A stretch of 47,221 nucleotides of DNA from an uncultured Verrucomicrobiota bacterium (GCA_937894535.1 CALBHI010000156.1:1-47221); one strand, 5' to 3'. Numbered from the stretch's first letter, positions 35,164 through 43,595 are shown. The notes: generated from the sequence alone by a model not told the origin. Program-made: numbers and translations.

Positions 35164-35841
35164 ATGAGGATGACGCATCGTTGCGTGGTGGTGTGGGCGA
35201 TGGCAGCGGGTTGGCTGGGAATCTCCGACGGCTTCGCCCAGTTTACCAACCGGAGTTCGGTGTTGGACAGTTCGGGGACACGTAGCTCCGGCGGTTCCTT
35301 CACCAACCTCAGCGCGGCCGGGCAACCGGGCGGGATCGCGATCTCCAGCGGCGGCGGTTTCGTCAACCAGGCCGGTTTCCTCAACACCTTCATGCTGAAA
35401 CCCGGACTCGATACCGACGGCGACGGCTTGGCCGACGAACTCGATCAGGACAACGACGGCGACGGATTGGCGGATCTGGCCGAGATCGAAGGCTCCGGAT
35501 TCTCGCCGACCACCCCGACCCAGGTCAACGTGGCCGACTCCGATGGCGACGGCGTACCCGACGGCGCGGAAGCGGTGGCGGGCACCGATCCCTCCGACGC
35601 CAATGCCCTGCTCGAGGTCTTCCGGATCGCCCAGGCCGGCGGCCAGCAGGTCCAGTGGATTGCCCGCGGTGGCAAGACCTACCGCATACTTGCCCGCACC
35701 AACCTGCTCGCTGGGGGCTTTACCCCCATCGCCACCAACACCGCGGTGGGTGGTGCCGCCCCGTGGTTTGTGGTCACTAACACCGCGGTCGATGTCTCCA
35801 GCCTCGCCGCCGAATTTTATGCCATCGAAGTTCTGCCCTGA
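35164..35841 (+). CDS. Secreted protein with thrombospondin type-3-like calcium-binding repeats, 225 aa
   Basis: - ATG at 35164 is preceded by AAGGAGG (35152-35158).
- Signal peptide MRMTHRCVVVWAMAAGWLGISDGFAQ.
- Asp-rich repeats DTDGDGLADELDQDNDGDGLADLAEIEG and DSDGDGVPDGAEAVAGTDPSD.
- The track ORF start at 34990 is an extension. Confidence 0.7.
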   Translation: MRMTHRCVVVWAMAAGWLGISDGFAQFTNRSSVLDSSGTRSSGGSFTNLSAAGQPGGIAISSGGGFVNQAGFLNTFMLKPGLDTDGDGLADELDQDNDGDGLADLAEIEGSGFSPTTPTQVNVADSDGDGVPDGAEAVAGTDPSDANALLEVFRIAQAGGQQVQWIARGGKTYRILARTNLLAGGFTPIATNTAVGGAAPWFVVTNTAVDVSSLAAEFYAIEVLP

Positions 35842-35882
35842 TGCCACTACGTCACCCTGATGTTCGCTCCGGGAGAAACACC

Positions 35883-37859
35883 ATGGTTTCATCACGCCGC
35901 CTGAACGTGTTCGCTGCCTGCCTTTCCGTCTTGCTCCTTCATCCCACCTCCCTGCTTCTCGCCCAGCCTCCCTCGCTGATCAACTACCAGGGGCGGTTGC
36001 TCGACGGCACCAATCTGTATAACGGCCCGGCCCGGCTTTCGTTCTCCTTGTTTCCCGTCAGTTCCGGCGGTTCTGCCCTCCTGGTTAGCACGAGTCAGGC
36101 CGCCGTGGTGGACGGGTTCTATGCTACGGCGATCGGCCAGCATGTGGTGTTTGGCAACCTGAACGAGGCGTTGCAACTACCGGAAGTCTGGCTTCAGGTG
36201 ACGGTCAACGGCACGGTGCTGGCGCCGCGTGAACGCCTGTTGGCGGTGCCGTATGCCGGCATCACGTATGGATTAACGATGGGAACGAACCACAGCGTGG
36301 TGCTGAATCCTTCCGCCGGCACAAACAGCATTGGCGCTTACGGTAATTTTGCCGTAATCGGGGGCGGGCGAGAAAACCGCATGCTCGCCAATGCCGAATA
36401 CGCGGTGATCGACGGCGGCCGCGGCAACGTCAACTACTTCTCCAGTTACACCGCGATCGGCGGCGGACAGGGGCATGTGGTGACCGACAGTTATTATTCG
36501 GTGATCGGCGGCGGTATGTCCAATTACCTCGACGGTTTTTCCGACTACTCGGTGATCGCGGGCGGGCGGAACCATGTGATCAGTTCCAATACCTGGGGCG
36601 GGGTGATTGGCGGCGGAGAGTGGAACCGGCTTGGACTCGAATCGGATCATACCGTGCTCGCCGGCGGCATGTCCAATATCGTCGAACTGGCCCGCTACAG
36701 CGTGATCGGCGGCGGCTCGCGGAATACGATTCGATCGAACGTGAATAACGCCGTCATCGGCGGCGGCAGCCTAAACACCATTCAAGCCGCTGGATCACAC
36801 GGGGTCATCGGGGGGGGGCTCTGGAATACGATTCATGGCGCAATTAATTCCGTTGTCGGCGGGGGTGCAGAAAATGTCATCCAGACGAATGCGGAAAGCG
36901 CGGCGATTGGGGGCGGCGAGCGGAACCGGATCGAGGCGGCCGCAACCCACTCCGTCATCGGAGGCGGCGAGCATAACCGGATATGGACGTTCTCCCGGCA
37001 TGCCGTCATTGGGGGCGGATTAGGAAACACCGTCGATGTCAATGTGACGTCCGGCACGATCGGAGGCGGGCTGAATAACCGCATCAAAGGCGGCGCGAAT
37101 TACGCGGTGATCGCTGGTGGGCGGGAGCTGGTCATCGAGACGAACGCGAACCATTCCGTCATCAGCGGCGGTTCCCTCAACGTAATCCAGACCAATGCCG
37201 ACTATTCCGTTATCGCCGGCGGCAAGGACAACCTCATTCAGGGCAACGCGGGGGCCTCGTCGATCGGTGGCGGACGCTTCAATATCATCGGATCGGATAA
37301 CGCCTTCTCCACGATCGCCGGGGGTTACAGCAACCGCATCGGGAACAGCGCCTGGTACTCCTTTGCGGGGGGCTACATGGCGTGGGCGCTGCAAACAGGC
37401 ACCTTGGTTTGGGCGGACAGTTCCGGCGGAGTGACGTTCTCAACGAATGCCAATTCCGTGACCATGAAGGCCGCCGGCGGCTACCGATTTTTTTCCGATG
37501 CCGGAGGAACGCTGGGCGCGCGGCTCGCATCCGGCGCTACTTCCTGGTCGACGATCAGCGATCGTCGTGCCAAGGAAAACTTTGAACCGATCGATACCGC
37601 CGCGATTCTGGCGAAACTATCCGATCTGCCGATAACCGCCTGGACGTACAAGGCCGATCCGAACCACCGCCGTTACATCGGCCCGGTCGCGCAGGATTTC
37701 CATGCCGCCTTCGGGTTTGGCGACGACACGACGATCAACACCCTGGACACCGATGGCGTCGCCCTCGCGGCAATTCAGGCGCTGAGTGCAAAACTTGAAC
37801 GGGAGAACCAGGCGTTGCGCGCGGAGTTGGAGGCGATCAAACGCAAGCTGGGGATGTAG
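35883..37859 (+). CDS. Tail-fibre-domain protein, paralogue 1: signal peptide, INYQG N-module, about 19 GGG beta-helix repeats, C-terminal Peptidase_S74 chaperone domain, 658 aa
   Basis: - ATG at 35883. Signal LLLHPTSLLLAQPPSLINYQGRL.
- Periodic (V/I)IGGGxxNxI units, about 19-20 aa each.
- C-terminus TISDRRAKENFEPID...YIGPVAQDFHAAFG...DGVALAAIQAL...LRAELEAIKRKLGM matches the phage endosialidase/tail-fibre intramolecular chaperone domain. Confidence 0.8.
   Translation: MVSSRRLNVFAACLSVLLLHPTSLLLAQPPSLINYQGRLLDGTNLYNGPARLSFSLFPVSSGGSALLVSTSQAAVVDGFYATAIGQHVVFGNLNEALQLPEVWLQVTVNGTVLAPRERLLAVPYAGITYGLTMGTNHSVVLNPSAGTNSIGAYGNFAVIGGGRENRMLANAEYAVIDGGRGNVNYFSSYTAIGGGQGHVVTDSYYSVIGGGMSNYLDGFSDYSVIAGGRNHVISSNTWGGVIGGGEWNRLGLESDHTVLAGGMSNIVELARYSVIGGGSRNTIRSNVNNAVIGGGSLNTIQAAGSHGVIGGGLWNTIHGAINSVVGGGAENVIQTNAESAAIGGGERNRIEAAATHSVIGGGEHNRIWTFSRHAVIGGGLGNTVDVNVTSGTIGGGLNNRIKGGANYAVIAGGRELVIETNANHSVISGGSLNVIQTNADYSVIAGGKDNLIQGNAGASSIGGGRFNIIGSDNAFSTIAGGYSNRIGNSAWYSFAGGYMAWALQTGTLVWADSSGGVTFSTNANSVTMKAAGGYRFFSDAGGTLGARLASGATSWSTISDRRAKENFEPIDTAAILAKLSDLPITAWTYKADPNHRRYIGPVAQDFHAAFGFGDDTTINTLDTDGVALAAIQALSAKLERENQALRAELEAIKRKLGM
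37557..37859 (+). other. Peptidase_S74 intramolecular chaperone auto-processing domain (paralogue 1)
   Basis: The SDRRAK motif has Ser and Lys five residues apart, as in the Ser-Lys dyad of endosialidase C-terminal chaperone domains. It is followed by the conserved IGPxAQDF and DGVALAAIQAL blocks and a terminal coiled coil. Confidence 0.7.
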
Positions 37860-37866
37860 GCCTGTA

Positions 37867-37887
37867 GCCGCGCGCGGTGAGCGCGGC
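37867..37887 (+). terminator. Candidate hairpin after fibre paralogue 1
   Basis: gccgcgc-gcggtga-gcgcggc: a 7-bp GC stem with a 7-nt loop, 8 nt after the stop codon. No U-tract. Confidence 0.25.
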
Positions 37888-37944
37888 CGGGATGGCGGGG
37901 GATGGGGGATTACGATTAGGATTACGATTACGAGGGGAACGTTT

Positions 37945-39864
37945 ATGAACAACACACGCAAGCGGCTGGCCACGATCCTGTTTCTTTCATCCTTCATCCT
38001 TCATCCTTCATCCATTCCTCTTCTCGCCCAACCACCCGCGCTGCTCAACTACCAGGGCCGGCTGATCCAGGGCACCAACCTGGTCAACGGCACCGTCGCG
38101 TTGACCTTCCGCATCCACACCAACGCCACCGGCGGAAACTTCATCTACGAGGCGACCAACCTCGCCGCCGTGGTGGATGGCCTGTACGCGACGCAGTTCG
38201 GCGACAGCACCATCACCACGAACACCACGCTCAGCCTGAACCAGGCCCTGAACCGCGGCGGACTGAACCAGTCGTTGTGGCTTGAAGTCGCCGTCAACGG
38301 CACGAACTTGTCCCCCCGCGAGCGCCTGCTCTCCGTTCCTTATGCCCGGCAGACCTATGGCGTGTACGCCGATTTCAACAACCTCGTTCTGGGCTCGGCC
38401 AACCGGGGCGATGCCATACCCGACTTTTCCCAGCGCTCGGTCATCGGGGGCGGCGGGGACAACCGCATGTTCGGGATCTCGGCGGACAACGCGGTCATCG
38501 CGGGTGGCTGGCAGAACGTGATCGACACGGGCTTCGGTGGCCAGGATGTCACCATTTCCGGCGGACGCGGCAATGCGGTGATCGAATCGGACCGCGCGAC
38601 GATCGGCGGCGGCGTCACCAACCGCATCGTAACGTCCGAAGGCGCACGGATCGGCGGCGGTTTCAATAACGTGATTCAGCAGAACGCAACCTATGCGACC
38701 ATCGGCGGCGGACAAAACAACCAGCTGGTGGGCCCGGGGTCTGGGTCATCCGTGATCGGCGGCGGCAGCTTTAACGTTATCACCTCCTCCTCCCCGTACG
38801 GAGTCATCGGGGGCGGGGCGGGCAACAAGCTCGGACCGTTTGGCTTCGCTTCGACCATCGGGGGCGGGTGGCTCAACATCATCGGCTCGAACGCGCAATA
38901 CACCGTCATCGCGGGTGGCGAAATCAATGTGATCAGCAATGGAGCCTTCTACGCAGTGGTGGGCGGCGGCTACGACAACCGTATCGGGCAAGGTGCGGCG
39001 CGTGCGACCATCGGGGGCGGGTCCGGCCACCGCATCGATAATCTTTCCGCCCATGCGGTGATCGGCGGCGGTCAGAACAACAAGGTGCTCAACGATGCGC
39101 AGTACACGGTGATCGGGGGCGGACGCGGCAACGAGATCGGCGTCGATGCCGAAGACGCGGCGATCCTCGGTGGTCAGAACAACCGGATCGGCGGCGAGGC
39201 CTTTGGCGCGGCGATCCTCGGCGGTCAGTGGAACGTCATCAGCAACCTGGCGTACCAAGGGGTGGTGGCCGGTGGATTCAGCAACATGGTCGGCGGCCAG
39301 AATGCCTTCGCCGCCGGCACCCGCGCCCGGGCCACCCATGCCGGATCCTTCGTCTGGGGCGATTACCAGGTTACCAACATCATTGCCTCCTCGGCGATCA
39401 ACCAGACCACGTTCCGTTCCTCCGGCGGGTTCCGCATTTTCACGTCCGGCGTGTTGACCTCGGGGGTGCAGGTCGCGGCGAATAGCGGCGCCTGGACCCA
39501 GATCAGCGATGTCAACGCGAAGGAGGCCTTTGCCCCCGTGGACACCCGCGCCGTGCTCGACAGGGTCGCTGCCATGCCGATCACCACCTGGCGCTACAAG
39601 GGACAGGATGAGGCGATTCGCCACATCGGTCCGACCGCCCAGGACTTCCACGCCGCCTTCGGCGTCGGTGATGCTCCCGGTTACGGTATCACCACCGTCG
39701 ACGCCGACGGCGTCGCCCTCGCGGCGATCCAGGCGCTGGCGAAGGAGAACGGGACGTTGAAGGAGCAGGTTTCAGGTTTCAGTGTTCAGATGTCGGAGTT
39801 GGAAGAAGAAAACAGGGTCTTGCGCGAGGAGTTGGACGCGATCAAGCGCAAGTTGGGTATGTGA
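37945..39864 (+). CDS. Tail-fibre-domain protein, paralogue 2 (same architecture, S74 C-terminus), 639 aa
   Basis: - ATG at 37945. Signal FILHPSSIPLLAQPPALLNYQGRL.
- GGG-repeat body.
- C-terminus QISDVNAKEAFAPVD...HIGPTAQDFHAAFG...DGVALAAIQALAKEN...LREELDAIKRKLGM.
- The track ORF start at 37786 overlaps paralogue 1. Confidence 0.8.
   Translation: MNNTRKRLATILFLSSFILHPSSIPLLAQPPALLNYQGRLIQGTNLVNGTVALTFRIHTNATGGNFIYEATNLAAVVDGLYATQFGDSTITTNTTLSLNQALNRGGLNQSLWLEVAVNGTNLSPRERLLSVPYARQTYGVYADFNNLVLGSANRGDAIPDFSQRSVIGGGGDNRMFGISADNAVIAGGWQNVIDTGFGGQDVTISGGRGNAVIESDRATIGGGVTNRIVTSEGARIGGGFNNVIQQNATYATIGGGQNNQLVGPGSGSSVIGGGSFNVITSSSPYGVIGGGAGNKLGPFGFASTIGGGWLNIIGSNAQYTVIAGGEINVISNGAFYAVVGGGYDNRIGQGAARATIGGGSGHRIDNLSAHAVIGGGQNNKVLNDAQYTVIGGGRGNEIGVDAEDAAILGGQNNRIGGEAFGAAILGGQWNVISNLAYQGVVAGGFSNMVGGQNAFAAGTRARATHAGSFVWGDYQVTNIIASSAINQTTFRSSGGFRIFTSGVLTSGVQVAANSGAWTQISDVNAKEAFAPVDTRAVLDRVAAMPITTWRYKGQDEAIRHIGPTAQDFHAAFGVGDAPGYGITTVDADGVALAAIQALAKENGTLKEQVSGFSVQMSELEEENRVLREELDAIKRKLGM
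39505..39864 (+). other. Peptidase_S74 intramolecular chaperone domain (paralogue 2)
   Basis: SDVNAK Ser-x4-Lys motif plus the conserved downstream blocks. Confidence 0.7.
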
Positions 39865-39914
39865 AGGGACGCGGCGGGCCTTCGCCGGGGTCATGGGATG
39901 AAAAAGGATATAGA

Positions 39915-41696
39915 ATGAAAACGAACTACGCACAAATGAAATGGCTGGCGGTATGTTCCGCCGTCCTCCTGCACCCCTCCTCCCTCGTCTTCGCCCAACC
40001 GCCCTCGCTGATCCACTACCAGGGACGGTTGCTCAGCGGCACGAACCTGGTGAACGGGAACGTCGGGTTGTCGTTGCGCTTGTTCAATGCGGCTTCGGGT
40101 GGGACGATACTTTACGAGGATTCCAACACCGTCACCGTCGCGGACGGCTTGTATGCGACCTTTATCGGCGACCATCCGACGAACAACGCCTTTCTGAACG
40201 CGTTGACCAATCCGGCGGTGTGGGTCGAGGCGGCGGTGAACGGTACGACCCTCTCCCCGCGCGAGCGGTTGGCCTCGGTTGGCTATTCCCTCTCCACCCG
40301 CGGTGTGTTGGTCATGACCAATGGGAGCATCGTGGTCAACCCCGAGGGGAACAGCATCGCCAACAACAGTCTGAATGCCGCCATTTCCGGCGGCCTGCTC
40401 CATCAGATCGGCAGCAATGCCCAGGACGCGGTCATCGGGGGCGGGTCCAACAACGTGATTGATACCCGCAGCTCCGGGGCGCTGATCGCCGGCGGGGCGC
40501 GGCATGTCATCGGAACCAATTCCCGCTATTCCGTCGTGGTCGGCGGGTTGTCGAATGACATCTGGCCGAACAGCCCTTTTTCCTTCATCGGCGGGGGCGT
40601 GGGCAACCAGATCGAGACGGGCAGCCAGTATGCCGTTATTGGCGGGGGGGCGTTCAATGCGATCAGCAACAACGGTTCGTTCGCCACCATTGCGGGCGGT
40701 AGCTCGAATGACATCGAATTCGACGCGGAATATTCGACCATTGGCGGTGGTTCCAACAACCGGGTGGCGAGCAATAGTCTGTATGCAGCGGTGGCCGGCG
40801 GCCGCCAGAATGCGATCGGTGCCAATACCGACTACGCGCTGGTCGGCGGTGGATTCAGCAACGCCGTGGCCGCGGGTGCTGATTACAGCGCCATCGTGGG
40901 AGGGCTTGAAAACAGCATCGCACCGGGCTCCAGTTATGCCGCCATCGGCGGGGGCGGCCGGAACCGGATCACCGACCAGAGTGCGTATGCCGTCATCGGG
41001 GGCGGATCGGGTAATCACATCGGGACGAACGCCTCGTACGCGGTGATCGGTGGAGGATTTAACAACAGTGTAACCACCAACGCGAGCTTCACCACCATCG
41101 GCGGAGGAGGGGGGAACATCATCCGTACGCGAGCCGCCTATGCGACGATCAGCGGGGGCGGATCCCACGAAGTGGGCAGCAACAGCCTGTACTCCACCAT
41201 TGCGGGTGGGTTGGACAATTCCATCGGTCCGAATGCCACCAATGCGTTCGCCGCCGGCCGCCAGGCGAAGGCCAATCACCGGGGTGCCTTTGTCTGGGGC
41301 GATGATACCGGTGCCGATGTCGCATCCACCGCCAACAATCAGGTGACCTTCCGGGCCGGTGGCGGATTCCGGGTGTTGAGCGGCGAGCTGCAGGCGCAGG
41401 CGGGATTGCGGGTGGGGACGAACGGCACGTCGTTCGACCGGTTCCAGGCCGGCACGGCGGTGCTCGGCACCGGTATCAACGTGGCCGTTTATTCCGTGGC
41501 CTTTCCCGGCGCCTTCAGCACCGCCCCCCGCGTCGTGGTCACCCCGCGCAACGATCCGTCGTTCAACGTGAACGACACCTTCGTCGCCACGGTGCGCTCG
41601 GTCACCACGACCAATTTCGTGGTGAATGTGGTGCGGGTGGATGCCAATGCCCCGTGGGCGCAACAACTCCGCGCCGACTGGTTCGCGTGGGAGTAG
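39915..41696 (+). CDS. Tail-fibre-like protein, paralogue 3: same N-module and GGG repeats but an H-type-lectin-like C-terminal domain instead of S74, 593 aa
   Basis: - ATG at 39915. Signal AVLLHPSSLVFAQPPSLIHYQGRL.
- GGG-repeat body.
- C-terminus YSVAFPGAFSTAPRVVVTPRNDPSFNVNDTFVATVRSVTTTNFVVNVVRVDANAPWAQQLRADWFAWE fits the H_lectin pattern (F..F...P.V, vt..gF, W.A).
- No S-x4-K chaperone motif. Confidence 0.75.
   Translation: MKTNYAQMKWLAVCSAVLLHPSSLVFAQPPSLIHYQGRLLSGTNLVNGNVGLSLRLFNAASGGTILYEDSNTVTVADGLYATFIGDHPTNNAFLNALTNPAVWVEAAVNGTTLSPRERLASVGYSLSTRGVLVMTNGSIVVNPEGNSIANNSLNAAISGGLLHQIGSNAQDAVIGGGSNNVIDTRSSGALIAGGARHVIGTNSRYSVVVGGLSNDIWPNSPFSFIGGGVGNQIETGSQYAVIGGGAFNAISNNGSFATIAGGSSNDIEFDAEYSTIGGGSNNRVASNSLYAAVAGGRQNAIGANTDYALVGGGFSNAVAAGADYSAIVGGLENSIAPGSSYAAIGGGGRNRITDQSAYAVIGGGSGNHIGTNASYAVIGGGFNNSVTTNASFTTIGGGGGNIIRTRAAYATISGGGSHEVGSNSLYSTIAGGLDNSIGPNATNAFAAGRQAKANHRGAFVWGDDTGADVASTANNQVTFRAGGGFRVLSGELQAQAGLRVGTNGTSFDRFQAGTAVLGTGINVAVYSVAFPGAFSTAPRVVVTPRNDPSFNVNDTFVATVRSVTTTNFVVNVVRVDANAPWAQQLRADWFAWE
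41365..41696 (+). other. H-type lectin-like domain (paralogue 3 C-terminus)
   Basis: See the motif alignment in the parent CDS. The boundaries are approximate. Confidence 0.5.
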
Positions 41697-41735
41697 GGGG
41701 GTAGACAGCACAATATCGTGGATTAGAATAGTGGC

Positions 41736-43268
41736 ATGAAAGAAACAACGACGACCTTGCGGCCGGCGCTCCGTTACCTGGTTGTTGCCGGGTTTTTATC
41801 ATCGCTTCTATCCCCTTTTTCACCCGTTCTGCGCGCCCAGCCTCCAGCCCTGGTCAACTACCAGGGGCGGTTGGTCGACGGCACCAACCTGCTGAACGGG
41901 TCCGTGGGCCTTTCGCTCCGGTTGTATGACGCCGCCTCGGGCGGTACCCTGTTGTACGAGGATTCCAACACCGTGTCGGTGGCGGACGGGCTCTACAACA
42001 CCTTTATCGGGGACAACGCCACCACCACCGGAACATTGGTGAACGCCCTTCTGCAAACCAATGTGCATCTCGAAGTGGCTGTGGATGGGATTGCGCTTTC
42101 ACCGCGGGAGCGGATGGCTGCTGTCCCGTATTCGCTGGCCACGCGGGACATCGTGCTGACCCCGCTCTGGAACATGCTGGTTTTCCCGGAGCGCAACACC
42201 CTGCAGAACGACGCCTTCGGGTTCTTCGGATCCACCGTCGCGGGTGGATCGGGAAACGTCCTGCTGCAGTCCGCCGACGCGGTCATTGCCGGCGGGCGCA
42301 ACAATGTCGTGAGCAACTTTGCCAATGTCGCGTTTATCGGGGGAGGCTTCCGAAACTTTATTGATCCGTTGGCCGCCAACGCGGTGATTGTAGGCGGGGA
42401 AAACAACCGCATGCGACAAGGTGCCGAATCCGGTGCCATCGGCGGGGGACGGGGCAATGTCATCGATCCGGGAGCCGTCTATTCCACAATCCCGGGCGGC
42501 ATCTTCAACCGCGTGGGCACAAACGCCTATGCTTCGATGGCCGCCGGGTACAATGCCGAGGCGTTGCACTCCGGATCGTTTGTGTGGTCGGATTTTGCCG
42601 GACCCGGCGTGATGCGCACCACCGCCGACCATCAATTCCTGATCCGGGCTGCCGGCGGCGTGGGGATCGGCATGGCCCCGTCGAATGCCCCGGGTGCGTC
42701 GCTTTCCATCCGTGGTCGCGGCGCGCAAAGTGAATGGATCGTCCTTGCCGGCACGAATGCCGTCAACCGCTGGCACATCAATGGCAAGTCCAACGGGGTC
42801 AACATCGCCGAAACAGGCGTGGCCGATGCCCGCATCTTCATCCGCCCCGGTGGCAACGTGGGCATCGGCACGGACAATCCGGCCGAGCGGTTGCAGGTGG
42901 TGGGCACCGTGCAGGCGAGCGGCTTCATCACGTCCAGCGACCGGGATCAGAAGGAGAACATCCGGCCGGTGGATGCCGCGACGATCCTCGACAAAGTAGC
43001 CGCGCTGCCGATCGCGACCTGGACCTTCAAGCAGGAGCCGAACGGCACGCACGTCGGCCCGATGGCGCAGGACTTCCACGCCGCCTTCGGTTTCGGCAAC
43101 ACCGACACCGGCATTATGACGGTGGACGCCGACGGCGTCGCCCTCGCCGCCATCCAGGCGCTCGCGAAGGAGAAGGAGTTGCTGGCGAAGCAGGTCATGG
43201 ACCTCGAGGAGGATAACAAGGCGTTGCGCGACGAGTTGGAGGCGATCAAGCGCAAGCTCGGTCTGTGA
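41736..43268 (+). CDS. Tail-fibre-domain protein, paralogue 4 (shorter repeat body, S74 C-terminus), 510 aa
   Basis: - Signal LLSPFSPVLRAQPPALVNYQGRL.
- Fewer GGG repeats than the other paralogues.
- C-terminus TSSDRDQKENIRPVD...HVGPMAQDFHAAFG...DGVALAAIQALAKEK...LRDELEAIKRKLGL. Confidence 0.8.
   Translation: MKETTTTLRPALRYLVVAGFLSSLLSPFSPVLRAQPPALVNYQGRLVDGTNLLNGSVGLSLRLYDAASGGTLLYEDSNTVSVADGLYNTFIGDNATTTGTLVNALLQTNVHLEVAVDGIALSPRERMAAVPYSLATRDIVLTPLWNMLVFPERNTLQNDAFGFFGSTVAGGSGNVLLQSADAVIAGGRNNVVSNFANVAFIGGGFRNFIDPLAANAVIVGGENNRMRQGAESGAIGGGRGNVIDPGAVYSTIPGGIFNRVGTNAYASMAAGYNAEALHSGSFVWSDFAGPGVMRTTADHQFLIRAAGGVGIGMAPSNAPGASLSIRGRGAQSEWIVLAGTNAVNRWHINGKSNGVNIAETGVADARIFIRPGGNVGIGTDNPAERLQVVGTVQASGFITSSDRDQKENIRPVDAATILDKVAALPIATWTFKQEPNGTHVGPMAQDFHAAFGFGNTDTGIMTVDADGVALAAIQALAKEKELLAKQVMDLEEDNKALRDELEAIKRKLGL
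42936..43268 (+). other. Peptidase_S74 intramolecular chaperone domain (paralogue 4)
   Basis: SDRDQK Ser-x4-Lys motif plus the conserved blocks. 23-nt stretches (caggacttccacgccgccttcgg, gacgccgacggcgtcgccctcgc) are identical to paralogue 2. Confidence 0.7.
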
Positions 43269-43290
43269 CGGGAAGCGGGGGGCGTCGCAT

Positions 43291-43310
43291 GTATACCCGG
43301 CCGGGTGTAC
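43291..43310 (+). terminator. Candidate terminator hairpin ending the fibre gene array
   Basis: gtatacccgg/ccgggtgtac is a near-perfect 20-nt palindrome (one G-U pair), 23 nt after the stop at 43268. It is followed by a 285-nt non-coding gap. No clear U-tract. Confidence 0.35.
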
Positions 43311-43595
43311 GCCGGCGTTTACCCTTCACCGCAGACCCTCGCCGGTGTCGACCAATAGCGCATCGCCCGTTCGCCCGTTGGCCCTGACCAACGCACCGCC
43401 CGGACGGTTGGGTTTGTCGTTGAGCCGACCTCCTCCGGTCGTCCGGTGACGCCGAATGCACCTGAATCCGCTTGACGGTCCCCGTGCCCCGCCTAGGCTT
43501 TTCCATTATATCCGGCTGATTCATTCGGTCTGGCCGGCCCAACCAGCATCTATTGCGTGCCGCGCGTTAGATCCCTTCCATAGGCAGTATGTATC

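Noticed and set aside
32700-35841. Possible shared C-terminal sorting domain between the 2955-aa protein (..FVVVWDVATGVTYAVQYSPHL..GFLRIQGNPD) and the Ca-repeat protein (..QVQWIARGGKTYRILARTNL..EFYAIEVLP).
   Set aside because: Only a loose W-x-G-x-x-Y ... F-(L/Y)-(R/A)-I pattern is shared. It is too weak to call homology by eye and would need an HMM-HMM comparison.
35883-43268. The fibre genes as part of a prophage, tailocin or contractile injection system.
   Set aside because: - There are no capsid, portal, terminase, sheath, tube, baseplate, tape-measure, holin/endolysin or integrase genes anywhere in the 47 kb.
- All four proteins have Sec-type signal peptides, and the neighbours are cellular adhesins.
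- Flanks beyond 47221 are still unseen.
43269-43595. The 98-aa minus-strand ORF 43246-43542, and possible promoter hexamers in the 327-nt gap.
   Set aside because: The ORF is Arg/Gly/Pro-rich with no motifs. The only TTGACG/TATATC pair is spaced 29 nt apart, too far for a sigma70 promoter. No confident call can be made.
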